A DNA stretch of 64,000 nt from assembly GCF_040938485.1 (NCBI RefSeq), contig NW_027271870.1, positions 868,001 through 932,000 of the forward strand. Direction: 5' to 3'. The position numbers and the translations under genes are program-made. The notes beneath the pieces were generated by a model. That model searched no databases. It was not told the DNA's origin and saw only the letters and a program-made list of their open reading frames with translations. The stretch is from Diadema antillarum. Lineage: Eukaryota. Of the stretch, positions 10,811-23,257 are shown piece by piece. Position 1 is the first letter of the stretch; the number at the start of each line of letters is the position of its first letter.

Positions 10811-13497
10811 TTAGCGCCTGAAGATGACCTTCTGAAGAAAGTCTTGGTAGCCGGTGGGGAGCCTACGCTGGAACAGATTCTGCGGGATCCTAGCGTCCGC
10901 TGGCGGGGTGGAACGGACTAGGCGTGGGTGATGTGGAGGAGGAGGCTTCTGTCCACCACCTCCACCGCCTCCTCCGACTACGTTGCCGTCGCCGTCAGCG
11001 TCAGCGGCCTTGTAGCAGTTGTTGCCACCGACGTTGACATTCTTTGATGGATCTCCCTTGTAGCAGCCGAGGATGTAAGGGAAATCGGCCGTGGTGTGGT
11101 ATTGGTACACACCGTCGCTGTTGTAGCGGCCGTGACACTCGTCGAGATCGCTCGAAGTCAACGTGTTTCCGTTCTCGTCGACGGGCCCGTAGATTGCATA
11201 ACCGTCGAGGGCGACGCCGATCATAGGAGAGGGAACGCCGGACTCGATATCAAAGAGACAGCTAGATGGCTGCCTGTGATAGTGATACCTGTAGGCACAT
11301 GAAAGTAATATAGTATTCAGTAAAAACAACTGTGAAGCTTCGAGAAACAGCTGACTGTGGCACTGTAACAAATCTACTAGTATCTAGTATAATGTAGATT
11401 AGATTTGACTCTACTTGTTTCTTGTTACTTGTTTCTTATACATGAAAACAAAAAGACTGACTGGCCATGCCATGGAGTATAGATACGAGAACATAAATAG
11501 GAATATATTTATAGGAACATACATAACAAACACTTAAATTGGAATATAATATCTAACATAATAGTCAAACTAGTGATGAAAGTTACATTATGTGTTGCTG
11601 GACATTTACGAAATGCATTGACTCCAATTTCATGCGAATCGGCAGGACGATACGCACATTGCTAACCAGGTCTTGTAAAGCACTATGCGATTTTATGTTT
11701 TGTTTTGCAACATAATCACAGAAGTTGCGATTACTACCGCTAAGACAGCCAGCAGCCAAGAGGGTAAAACTACACAAAAGTTACTGTGGTGATGGTGGTT
11801 ATGAACGACGTTTTTTTTTTTTTTAAGTAAACCTTGGTGTTTTATCACATGATCAAAGTCATCTTCATAGACTATGTATTCCATGATGTTTTCAGTAAGT
11901 TTCAATAAGTCTTATTTCTACACTCGTATATAACAGAAAATAAGCATAACAATTTCAAACATACATGTATTATTCACAGGTCATGAAAATACAAACGAGT
12001 TCACATAACAAGTATATAATCATGTGAAATAATACATAATTTTCATTACAAATCTTTGTGTATACAGGTGGGGGAGACTGTTAGCAATAAGCAAATCTCC
12101 TGACTTGGACAACGGCCTCTGAACATTATAACTTGTAACAATTTTTGAACAAAAGGAACTGAGCACACAGGTAGAACAAATGAAATTAATCTTTAAAGTA
12201 TTTCAAATGTCATTTCACCAAAGGACAACACAAGGTTGAATGTAAAAAGATGAAAAAGAACAAAAAAAAAAAAGGGAATAAGGGACCCGAATAGGAAGAG
12301 TAGAGAGAAGAGACAAGAAGAGAAGAAAAGCGATGAGATACAGTGTTCAGGAGTTGGGAGCTAATTTCAAACAAAAACGTAATTTCTGATTCGAGTGGTA
12401 CATTGCGAGAAGAACTTTTTTTTAACAAGATGATTTAAAGCGTTGTTAAGAAAAACTGCTAGGTCATCATTCAATGAGCTCCATACATCTGGACCATGCT
12501 GTCTTATAGAATTTTGAGCTATATTGAGTTTAGGATTTTCGAAATGACAATCTGTCGCATGGCGGGTATAGGATATGAATGAATACTATAATTTGATATA
12601 TACATATCTTTATACAATTCAGGGAGCTGATCGTTAGTAAATCTATACATAAATATGGCTGTAAAAGCCAACGTTGAATGATTCGCGATCAAATTGAAAT
12701 GATGGTTACAATTCGTTATTCTGAAAGGTTCGTTAATCCGAAAACGAAATAAAGTTCGTAATTCCGAAGGTTCCATAGCAGCGCATCTCTTTCTTTTTTT
12801 CATTTTCGAATAAACAAAGTTTTGAATTCGCAAACCTAATTTTTTTTTCGGATTAACACTTTATTTCATTTTTGCATGAACAAAACTTCGGAACGATGAA
12901 AACTATTTCATTTTTGGAGACTTGTCCCTTCTAATGATGTTCTGACGTTCGTATTTTAATGTAGAACATATCTTTTGTATTATATGATTGTAAAATAATA
13001 TCTGATCAAAACAACAACCAAATGTCTAAGAGGGAAGCGTTTACCATAACCCATCAACGCAATCGTTCATACCTTCCATTCTCATCTGGATGTCCGTCGC
13101 ACATGTCGAACACCTCGGCACCATCGCCCTCCACCGCGTTCTCGCCGTCGGCGTCCCACGGGTTGTAGATGACGATGCCGTTGACGGCGATGGCAATCGG
13201 TCCGCCGGGAAGACAGGTGGTAGTCGATGCCACCTGTGGTTCCTGCGGCACGGTGTACTGGTTGCTCTGCTCCTCGATCGAGTTCGGGTTTTCGTTGTTT
13301 GGGTAGTAGTAAGTCTCGTGGTCGGGGATGTTGTTACTGCGGATCACCCAGTTGCTACCGCTCTCAGACACGGTGATCCAACCTGTGAGGCCAGTGTTTA
13401 GCTCAGGGTTGCCCGTGGTACCAAAATAATTCGTCTCATCTTGAGTGATGCCGTGTACGAGTGCCACGCACACCGCCAAAAGCAATGTCGACAGCAT
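10811..13497 (-). CDS. Secreted YHYH-domain protein, paralogue A (300 aa); coding exons 13497-13073 and 11288-10811
   Basis: ACAACC-ATG at 13497 follows an acceptor (exon start 13505). Signal peptide MLSTLLLAVCVALVHG. Phase-2 intron AG|GTATGA (13072) to TACAG|G (11289) joins GHPDENGR to YHYHRQP. 425+478=903 nt. Motifs PIAIAVNG, GHP-x3-GRYHYH, IGVALDGYAIYGP, LDECHGR and YQYHTT match the YHYH family (PF14240) as recalled. Confidence 0.93.
12700..12920. repeat. Interspersed repeat with TTCGTTAATCCGAA / TTCGGATTAAC inverted motifs in intron 2 of YHYH-A
   Basis: GTTAATCCGAAAA (~12731) is inverted against TTTTCGGATTAAC (~12845). It is absent from the shorter paralogous intron (750 vs 1784 bp). Confidence 0.5.
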
Positions 13498-14287
13498 GGT
13501 TGTATCTGAAATCTTAAGACAAATGTGCATTCAGAATTTCGTGGTTTTTTTTTTTTCTGTAGGCTTCTATGTACACCCAATAGAGCCTTTTTTTCAGCTA
13601 TAGCAGCCTGTCATATTTTTCACTAGAAGATCGTAGGACTAGACAGGAGCAATATGCTGTAACGAAAGGATGAAAGCAGTAAGGATAGGACTACATACAA
13701 ATGCACAATTTGGGTATAAGAAAGAGTTTCATTACTTATATTTTTGACTGTTTTGAAACTTGCTCTATATTGAGAATGAGCAATGAAAGGCCCTGCAAAC
13801 ATTGCTGAAAGACAGGTTTGCCGTTTAAGCTTTTGTTTTCATCGTCAACGGAAATGCACTAATACAACGTAATTGAACAATTCGTCCTCCGACTTTTGAC
13901 AGAACTGTGAAAATCTTATTGTCACCGAAAGGGGTGTGGTGGCTCTAGGACCCGGGGCAATCGATCTTGGTTTGAGTATATAGCAAACAAAACAAAACAA
14001 AACAAAACAAAACGAAACGAAACGAAACATAACAAAGCAAAGCAAAACAAAGCAAAATCAAACCGAATAATTGAAATAGTAATTCGAAAGAAGCCCGATG
14101 AGAATATCTCAGCGAGTATAATCGGTGGTTTCACATAATAGGCTAATTGAAAAAAAAAATAACATGACTATGAGGAAAAGATCAAAATATTTTTGACGAC
14201 CCAACTGTTGTAATCACGCTACCATCCATTGGAAGGTACTTATGATTAGCTCTCGCAAGAAAGGTTGGGAAACACAAAGTACCATAC

Positions 14288-14351
14288 CGCTGAGGTGATG
14301 CTTGAAATTCTCCAGCTTAAACTCCGGAACTTCGAGACCGAACAGCAGACT
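14288..14351 (-). other. Probable non-coding first exon of YHYH paralogue A
   Basis: Donor G|GTATGGTAC at 14288/14287 is conserved with paralogue B (22417/22416), and an Inr-like CCAGTC lies at ~14351. The coding exon starts with an acceptor, so an upstream exon is required. Confidence 0.6.
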
Positions 14352-14356
14352 GGCGA

Positions 14357-14733
14357 GTGACACCCCGCTGCTCCAATATCAATAACTATTATCACTTCTG
14401 CACCTTGGAAGATTATGAAAGAGCTTTGCGTTCAGGATTGTTGATATCAAACACCTGACGACATGAATAAAGAGGAGGAGCCAAATCTTTCTTGAAGATC
14501 GCCTGCCTATCAAATGTCTACGATACAGTTTGTCACACCCTCATGTGACACCCAGCTGCTTCGATATCAACAATTATTACTCAGGGTCGACGCCGTGAAA
14601 GATTATGAAACAGCGTTGCGTTCAAGATTGTTGATATCAAACACCAGACGACATAAAAAAGAGGAGGAGCCAAATATTTCTTGGAGGTCGCCTGCGTATC
14701 AAACATCTTCGATACAATTTGTCACACCCTCTA
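14357..14733. repeat. Two-copy ~188-bp tandem duplication immediately upstream of the paralogue A start site
   Basis: Units 14357-14544 and 14545-14733 share GTGACACCC, GATTATGAAA, GATTGTTGATATCAAACACC, GAGGAGGAGCCAAAT and GTCACACCCTC. The region is single-copy in paralogue B (~22475-22640). Confidence 0.85.
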
Positions 14734-16268
14734 CGTAACAAATCCTCTTTGTTCGTCTACATACTTGCCAAATCAAAACTCTGATTTCGTCGTTCGGTAC
14801 AAATACAACACAGAAAGTTAGAAGATATATTTCTTTTAGATAATTTGCTCTGGTGTGTGTCTGATGCTGAAGTTTTTTTGAACGAGATAATCAATCTGTG
14901 ATTGTGATTATGGTATTGATGATGTAAAAGATATCTGTCGATAGGAAAACGACTAAGAGATTGTGTATACGAAGTAATGAAAAGAAAATGATGAAGAGAC
15001 AGGTATGACAGATATTCATAATTCTACCAAAAAGAGATTGTGAGAGATCTTCTTTATCTTTGTTTTTCACAGATTTGCAAATCCGAAATATGGCACCATT
15101 AACTACATCACACGTAGAGCGACCAGTTCGTGGCAAGAATAGTAAAACATAATGTTTCACGAATCGTCCTCTCTCTGTTTACGTTATGTAAGAAAACTAT
15201 TGCTCATTGGATTATTATCTACGCAATGTTAAAAGAAAGCAGTAGAAGTGTTCAATGTTCTGATCAAATTGGTAGCCATATATTCAGACCGAAAACACAT
15301 ATGAATACTCGTATGCGTATGTGTATAATCATCAGGGATCCATTGATAAATGTTTCGGAAAGATTTTCTGTACCTCTTAATTGATTTTGTGGTGAACTCA
15401 ACTGGAACACACATTATAATTTCTCTCTACTGCGAACCATTCTTACTGTTTACGAATCTGCAGTGACCACAGTAACCCATTAGCACATAATGAAATGCTC
15501 GCAGTATGAAACTTTCTGAGCTATGCTTCAAGATTTTTTCTTATCATTTCCATATTCGGCCACATAAGTTGTAGAATTTGTTGATCTAAGTCTCATAACA
15601 ATTATGCGAATACCTGAAAAGGCTTTTCCTCAAAAAATTGGCTGGAATATTCATTATGTTAATATAGGCGTACCTTAATTGTGTTATATTGATTTTTTAG
15701 TAATTGTTTTTAAAAGAATTTGTGATATTGGAAATACGATTTGAATCGAATTTAAAAAGCAAAGATGAATTCAATAATTATATTCGGATTTTTACAGCTA
15801 ATATCATAAAAGGCCAAAATGTAAGAGTAAGCATAGAGTTGATACGAAATCTCACTAACGAAAAGGCTATGCAACACCACATTCCAGATCAGAGAAATAA
15901 AATTCTTCCAATTGCCATGTGAAGACAGGAAGGTCATGCATGTGCTGGTAATATAGAAATATCAATTTGAATGACATTTTCAGATTTGCAAATGGGAATT
16001 GTATAGATTTTAAAGTGACCTTCAGTCGTTTTTTCATCCATTCCAGTCCTATAACTAGTTGACAATTGACCATTATAAACAGGTGTGGTTTTCACCAGCG
16101 GTCATTCGTTATATCATCGTTAATCAGTTATGCACTTTTATACCACACAAGCTAAACAATATTGATGATAACGCGAAATCCTTGAGCAAATTTGGAGAGG
16201 AGAGACCGATAAAGGTCACTTCTTAACTTAGAGCCGTGTTCAATATCATCGATCGTGGCCAATCTTAA

Positions 16269-17034
16269 CCCTAACTAGGCCGGGCTATTTAGGTAGTTGA
16301 TAGAGCGGGGGGGGGGGGGGGGGAGGGGGGCCTCCCAGGTCCCCCTTCCAGATCTTGGCCGTCGACCGCGCGATCGCGACGAAAAGTGTCACACACATTG
16401 CCTATGATGTAGTCTAAAATACCATGAAGTTAATTTTTCAAAAAATTGTCATTTATGCTAAATTATGCTAATTTATGCATAATGATGCATGAAATCAGAC
16501 TATTTGGTATAAATCACAAAATAAAGCTCTAAACAGGCACATTTTATGTGCAAATATTCTTTTTAGTGTCCTCAGCAAATGTAATAAAAAAAGTTGTGAT
16601 ATCAGAAAAATTTCTTAAGTATTTTATTGTTTTTTTAATTTCTTATGTATTTCATTGTTTTTTCGACTTTATGTTTTTCATTGTTTTTTCAATGAAATTT
16701 GTCCGCGACATCGATCCAAACAAGAAAATATGTTATTCATTGATTTTAATCAATAAAACACCAAAATAATCATGCTTTTATGAAATTTGCCTGTAAGCAC
16801 AGTTTGCATTGACATTGTACACGAATTCACGTTTTTGAGCAATTTTGGGTCTGACATCCATGTACATATTTATGCGTAACTTCGGAACCACGCGCCCAGG
16901 CGTCGCAAATTTGGTCTCAAAAGATGCAGGAGACTCGAAAGAAAAAAGTGCGATTGCGATACATCGCGCGGAACGTCGGGGGGGGGGGGGGGGGCCTCAG
17001 AGGCCCCCCCCCCCCCCCCCCGGCCTAGTTAGGG
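16269..17034. mobile_element. piggyBac-type MITE, 766 bp
   Basis: Perfect 16-bp TIRs CCCTAACTAGGCCGGG / CCCGGCCTAGTTAGGG, with TTAA at 16265-16268 and 17035-17038. No ORF. Confidence 0.92.
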
Positions 17035-17038
17035 TTAA

Positions 17039-17591
17039 AGGGCCCCTGAAATCCAAATGCATGTTGATTTGTGTTGATTTTATGATACCCTCAATATCAC
17101 TTTTGAGGTGAAAGGAATATCTAGAAACTTTCCATATATTTTTAACGATTTTTTTCTATTTTTCTTCAGAGTACTTGGGAACGCCCACACACAAAAAAAA
17201 ATCCTTCCAAACCAATATTCCTCTTGTGACCTCATCTGTCAATCATTGCTAAAGTACTGAAATGTTTAACAAAAGACACTGGAATGCACCTTCCCTCGAC
17301 TCAGCATAACTTGCATATTCCCTCGCCATGTCTTTTGTTAGTCACAGAAACATACAATATCTTTTGTTAGTCACATTGATATCACAGAAACATGCAAATT
17401 ATGCTGAGGTCACAAGAGGAATATTGGTTTGGAAGGATTTTGTGGACGTTCCCAAGTAATCTGAAGAAAAATAGAAGAAAAATCGTTAAAAATATATGGA
17501 ATGTTTCTAAATATTTGTTTCACTGCAAAAGTGATGTTGAGGGTATCATAAATCAACACAAATCAACATGCATTTGGATTTCAGGGGCCCT
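17039..17591. mobile_element. Kolobok-like foldback MITE, 553 bp, with ~195-bp inverted arms
   Basis: Arms 17039-17234 and 17405-17591 (AGGGCCCCTGAAATCCAAATGCATG... / ...CATGCATTTGGATTTCAGGGGCCCT); flanks TTAA and CTAA. Confidence 0.88.
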
Positions 17592-19974
17592 CTAAACTTG
17601 TGCGTCACGTGACACACTAGTCGGTCAGGTGACAGTGAAAAAAAAAAGCAAACAAGCTGTCAGGTGGTGTTGGTGCAGCTATTCTGAATGTCCGCGTATG
17701 ATGATGTGATTTTAAGTGGCCGCTCGGCTTTTGTCATTGATTGAAATTAGTCCGTCCTCTCGCACTGGTATATACATGCTCTTATTTTCTTGTCCATCGG
17801 AGAAGACTAGATATTAGTGATGAATGAATGAATGAAAGAATATGTATTTAATTTTACTTTAAGGTTTACCACGTTACTGTTTTTATATCCAAGGAGGTTT
17901 GATCATACAATGTAAAAGGTTATCCAAGGGACCATGATAGGTAAGTCTATTCTTATACTGGCCATTCCCTCATCAGTCTTGTAGGGGCAATAACGAAGGA
18001 GAGGAAGCACTGGTAGACTGAATTCAGAACTTGATACTGATTCGAATAGTCACGCTCGATGAATGCTTACATTGACCTTCAAATTGAGTTGTTGGTAATA
18101 TACAGGGTGCTAATTATCCAAATTGATATTACACTACTTTTGTTTGCAGTTGTATTGCTTTTTCTTCGCTGGCCCAGCTGGTCAGTTCACGAGGAGATGA
18201 ACTATTAACCTTATTTCATACAACCTTTGCTCACCCGACATTGAACAACAACGTGTTTTCATGCAAGCAAACAAACAAAACTGTCCAGTTGAGCTAAAAT
18301 TCAGTACGTTCCTGACCACTCTGGCTAAGTGTAAGTAGGCCCTATATACTTCAGTAAAGATGCGCTCCCTGTACAAGGCTTACGCACACGCAGCCCGTAA
18401 GCTGCATGCGTATACAAGCCATTTTGTATGATTACATAGCTCTGAGTAGAAAAGGCCATTTTTGTACCAACAAGTCTGTCAGTTTTCGAATTTGCTGAGA
18501 CAAATATCTGTGATATATTCATTATTTACGTAACCCTTTATGGTGCCTTCCAGTACATCCACTTTACAGCCAGCCCGATCGTTGACAGTATTGACGGAAA
18601 AGTTTGTTAATGCATTCAGTGCAAAATAATGAAATGGCTGCTTTCTATAAATCATATAGTGAGTGATAATTGAGGGACCATTCTGGTCATCATCTGGTAT
18701 AACTAGATTCATTCTTCGTTTGAACCTGGTTGATGAAGCCCTATAATTATTCATTACGTGGTCCCTTTGAAAACAAGTGAAGTAGCTAACCAACTGACAA
18801 AAAGAATATGTCTTGTTTTCAACGTGCACACATACAACGAACTGGTCTATTATTGCACATCAAATTTTCACCCCTAAATGACTTGATCAGAGATTCACGT
18901 TTTCCAAATTGTGCTTTGACTAAATGTTTTTTAAACTTGTATTGTATTGACAAAATAACTACCTTTAACTTTGTTTAAATAGGACCCCTATTAATGTCGA
19001 TAAAAAGAAAAAAAAAGATTTTTTTTTTTGCGAAAAACGTGGAGGATACCGTATTTTTTTTTAAACAGATCCCATTCCACCCCTTTCTTTTTGGATACGA
19101 GTGCCTACAGAAAGCCATTGAGACGAGCATACCCCCCCCCCCCGCCACACACACACACACACACATTCACACAACATGTAATGAAAGCATTTCCTTTGCA
19201 GAGGTCGTCAATATCATCAATACCTGGTTGTCACTAGGTCCTCCGATTTTCTGCAAAATACTAGTGAGACAGGTGTTTTATGTATCCTTGTTTAAGGAGC
19301 CTTTGGATTTATGACGACATATCACGCTAACCTGTAGCTTTGTGTTTAGGTTCATGCATACACGTATAAATACAATTATGAATATATTAAGTATATGATA
19401 TGCATAATAAATGTAAACATATAAATCCAGACATGCATATGTAAACATATAAATCCAGACAGACAGACAGACAGACAGACGAACACAGGGACAGAGATAA
19501 AGAGGAATGGCAACTACGGAATATGACGGATTATGAAGAAAGACAAACTGAAAACTCGTTTGATTTGATGTTGCCATTGCTTTAATTTTCCCTTTATGGA
19601 GCAATATTAATACATTTTAGGGTAAAAATCACCACTCATTAGAGCGAGTGCACAAACTTGCATACTATACTTTTGTATTGTCTGAACATCGTGCCGTTAT
19701 AACCATTACATTATTAGGTTGGTTTAAAGAAGTCTGTTCAAATCCTGTTGAGATAGATGATAACCAAAATTATTGTCTACAACTTAATGCGACTTCTGCG
19801 GTTTGCGAATGAGTTCCGTTGAACACCTTCTTAGTTTGCAGAGGTTTAACTCTCCATATTTGATATCAAGAAAAGGAAAGTGTTAGGGTGCAGTAAACAC
19901 TTGCAGCGAGACTGCACTAATCACTTCTTTCTGCCCCATTAGATTTCTAGTCTTAAAAGAGATAAATATTTCTT

Positions 19975-21624
19975 TTAGCGCCTGAAGATGACTTTCTGAA
20001 GAAAGTCTTGGTAGCCAGCCGGGAGCCTCCGCTGGAACAGATTCTGCGGGATCCTAGCGTCCGCCGGCGGGGTGGAACGGGCCGGGCGGGGTCGAGGGGG
20101 CTTCTGTCCACCACCTCCGCCTCCACCGCTGCCTCCTCCGACTACGTTGCCGTCGCCGTCAGCGTCAACAGCCTTGTAGCAGTTGTTGCCTCCGACGTTT
20201 ACACCCTGAGGCGTACCCTTGTAGCAGCCGAGGATGTAAGGGAAATCGGAGGTGGTGTGGTACTGGTAGACACCGTCGCTGTTGTAGCGGCCGTGGCACT
20301 CGTCGAGATCGCTCGAAGTCAGCGTGTTCCCGCTCTCGTCGACGGGTCCGTAGATGGCAAAACCGTCGAAGGCGACGCCGATCAACGGCGAGGGAACGCC
20401 GGACTCGATATCAAAGAGACAGCTGGAAGGCTGCCTGTGATAGTGATACCTGTAGGCACATGAAAATAAAGCACGTAAAACAACTTGGGAGCATCGAGAA
20501 CTATCTGACTAGAACAAACTACAAGGTGAACTGTATAACGTTATACAGTGGGGATTGCGATTATCAGCATTTCCGTCGGTTACCAGCTCTTTATGAAGCG
20601 AGGTGTGTATGGCATCGCCAAAGTTGAATAATATTTAACCGTGCAAGAAGAGAGGACTAAAATATTTGAAATGGATGAACCTTATTAATTGTTAATTTTC
20701 TGAGAGGGCAATCTTTCTTTTACACAATGTGTAAGTTTTGGATTATAAAATGAATGGTAAATTGTGTTTGTTTGCTTTTTTTCAAATTTTCTAGAACATC
20801 GTTGCTTTTGTAGAAGTGTGATGAGGTATGTATCAGAGGCTCTGTGTTATTTCTTAGAAACCCTTTACATACTCTTCACTTTCATCTCTTATAACTTCTG
20901 AAAGATAATGCTCTACTGCTTTAAAAGCTTAAAACGGTAAAATTTCATAACTTCCTAATTGTAAGCGTCATGGATTTTGTTTCTTCATCAACCGTACCCC
21001 ACGGAAGAGAAGAAGTAAAAATTACTGTCACTTCTTGAACTGCGTGGTGATGGTCTACCCAATCTATTTGGATGTAGAACATTACATCGTACATGCATTC
21101 ATATGTAACTAACGATAATAACAGCAACAACCAAAATACATTTAAGAAGGGAGCGGATGCCAAAACTCGTCAACCAGTGTCGACGCCGTCATTCCATACC
21201 TGCCGTTCTGGTCAGGATGTCCGTCGCACATGTCGAACACCTCGGCACCATCGCCCTCCACCGCGTTCTCGCCGTCGGCGTCCCACGGGTTGTAGATGAC
21301 GATGCCGTTGACGGCGATGGCAATGGGTCCTCCGGGAAGACAGGTGGTAGTCGATGCCACCTGCGGTTCCTGCGGCACGGTGTACTGGTTGCTCTGCTCC
21401 TCGATCGAGTTTGGGTTGTGGTTGCCCGGGAAGCTGCCGGTCTCGTGGTCGGGGATGTTGTTACTGCGAATCACCCAGTTGCTACCGCTCTCCGACACGG
21501 TGACCCAGCCGACGAGGCCGGTGTTTTTCTCAGTGATGCCCGTGGTACCAAAATAATTCGTTTCATCTTGGGTGATGCCGTGTGCGAGTGCCACGCACAA
21601 TGCCAACATCAATGTCGACAGCAT
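19975..21624 (-). CDS. Secreted YHYH-domain protein, paralogue B (299 aa); coding exons 21624-21200 and 20449-19975
   Basis: Same structure as paralogue A: an identical 425-nt first coding exon and a phase-2 intron AG|GTATGG (21199) to TACAG|G (20450). 425+475=900 nt, open to TAA. The first coding exon differs from A at 14 of 142 residues. Confidence 0.93.
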
Positions 21625-21913
21625 GGTTGTATCTGAAATCTGAAAAGATACATTTCCATTTGTTCTTCTCTTTAGGCTTCTTCACCACATGGAACTTAGT
21701 TCTCGTCTATAGCAGCCCCGTCGTATCTTTCACAAGAGGTATCGACATCGAGGGTAGTATAACAAGAAAAAAAAGCTCAGCACGCAATGACCAAAGGATG
21801 AGTAGGAAGCAAAACATACAATTGTACATTTTTTTAGTATCAGAACAAATTTCGTAAACTGGAATAATACTGTGTCGCAAACAGCCTTTTTTATTGGGCT
21901 CAAATAATGTAAA

Positions 21914-22068
21914 GGAGGTGTCGTGGCTGAGTGGATAAGAGCGCTCGTCTAGCAGCTGCATTTGTATTTCCAGGAAAGGTACATTATCTTATAGTCCTCC
22001 AGAGGGAATGCCGATCCTGTAGTTGTCTGCTTGAATGAACTGCCTCCTCAGCGGTCGTGTAAAAAAAA
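21914..22068 (+). mobile_element. Degenerate, internally deleted tRNA-like SINE in intron 1 of YHYH paralogue B
   Basis: A-box-like GTGGCTGAGTGGATAAGAGCGC head and A-rich tail; no intact B box. Confidence 0.4.
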
Positions 22069-22416
22069 GTCATAATTATTCAATTCAATTTATTGATTTC
22101 ATAAAAGCAATACAGCTAATATTTTGTAAGATAATCAAATGTCGAGGAAAACCACGAAAAAGCCAGTGGCTTGAAGATTGTGATTCCCTTTAAAATTAAG
22201 ATTTTGATTTGAAAGAAGCTTAATGGAAATGTATCAGCTTGTAAACAGTTAGCTTCATGGTCACGAGAATTGAAAATATCAACTTCTTGAAATGATTAAA
22301 AGAAATCTACAGCCGAGTTAATGCTGGTGTTATTTTTTGATACTATATAGAATGCAACTGAAGAGCACTAAGGATCAGCTGTCATACGACAGGTTCAAAC
22401 ACGCTAAGTACCATAC

Positions 22417-22502
22417 CGTAACTGATGCTTGAGGTGCTCCCGCGCAAAACTCTGCAACTTTTTGACTGACTGGAGTGTCATCCCGCTGATCCGATATTTA
22501 TA
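22417..22502 (-). promoter_or_regulatory. TATA box, initiator and short non-coding first exon of YHYH paralogue B
   Basis: TATAAA at 22502-22497, CCAGTCAGTC with A at 22471 (31 nt downstream), and donor G|GTATGGTAC at 22417/22416. Confidence 0.6.
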
Positions 22503-23257
22503 TTCCTCGAGCTCTGTATACCAAGATTATAAAACAGCATTGAGGATTGTTGACATCGAATGCCTGACGAGGAAAGAAAGAAAGAGGATGGGGCAAATAT
22601 CTCCAGGGGATAATCTGCCTGCTAAGCATCTTACCCTCTAAGTAATCCATCAATATCATCAAATCTTCTTTGGACATCAAATCAACACAATATTGTTGTC
22701 GTTTGGTACAGTACGACAATGGAGCAGCAACAACATCTCAGCTCATTTTTCTCATTCATGGACTTAGGAATGTTTACCATAACAACAATCCATTTACACA
22801 CTTACATACGTGCACAGGTGGACACATGCATACATAAAATAATATTAATGTATTATCAAACACTGTCAATGTATCAAGTTAAAAGATCTCCATTTTCATT
22901 GACTTGATGTGATTTATATCTGAGGATGTTTTTTTTTAACATGAAGTAATTGTGTCAGGATTATGGTGAATATAATGTAAGAAATATTTGTGAATAGGAT
23001 GCAGTTAGAAGATTATGTATAAGAAAAGATAATGAAAAGGAAAGGATGAATAAATGAATATGCAAAGCTTTCATAAATTAAATGATTGTAAGAGATCTCC
23101 TTTTGATTTCAGCTGATATAGACCTACAATCTGATCATCAACGAAAATATTTATATTAGTAACAATATTGCATCTCGAGTGGCCAGTTAATGATATGAAT
23201 TAGCAGAACGTATAATTATGATAGCTGTTTCACGAGCAGTAGAACAAATAACGTTAA

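Larger units (their letters stand above)
10500..18250. repeat. Tandem segmental duplication, unit A (YHYH gene with upstream and downstream flanks)
   Basis: Collinear homologous blocks with unit B: 16080-16230 vs 24980-25125, 17600-17770 vs 25150-25330, 18040-18240 vs 25560-25780, 14890-15160 vs 22950-23240, and 3' flank 10530-10730 vs 19725-19910. Ends are approximate. Confidence 0.85.

Noticed and set aside
18479-18829. 116-aa minus-strand ORF between the duplication units
   Set aside because: It has no family motif, no counterpart in unit B and no convincing splice framework.
11044-21636. Plus-strand ORFs 11044, 11096, 13090, 20008, 21093, 21157, 21296
   Set aside because: They are antisense shadows of the GC-rich YHYH exons.
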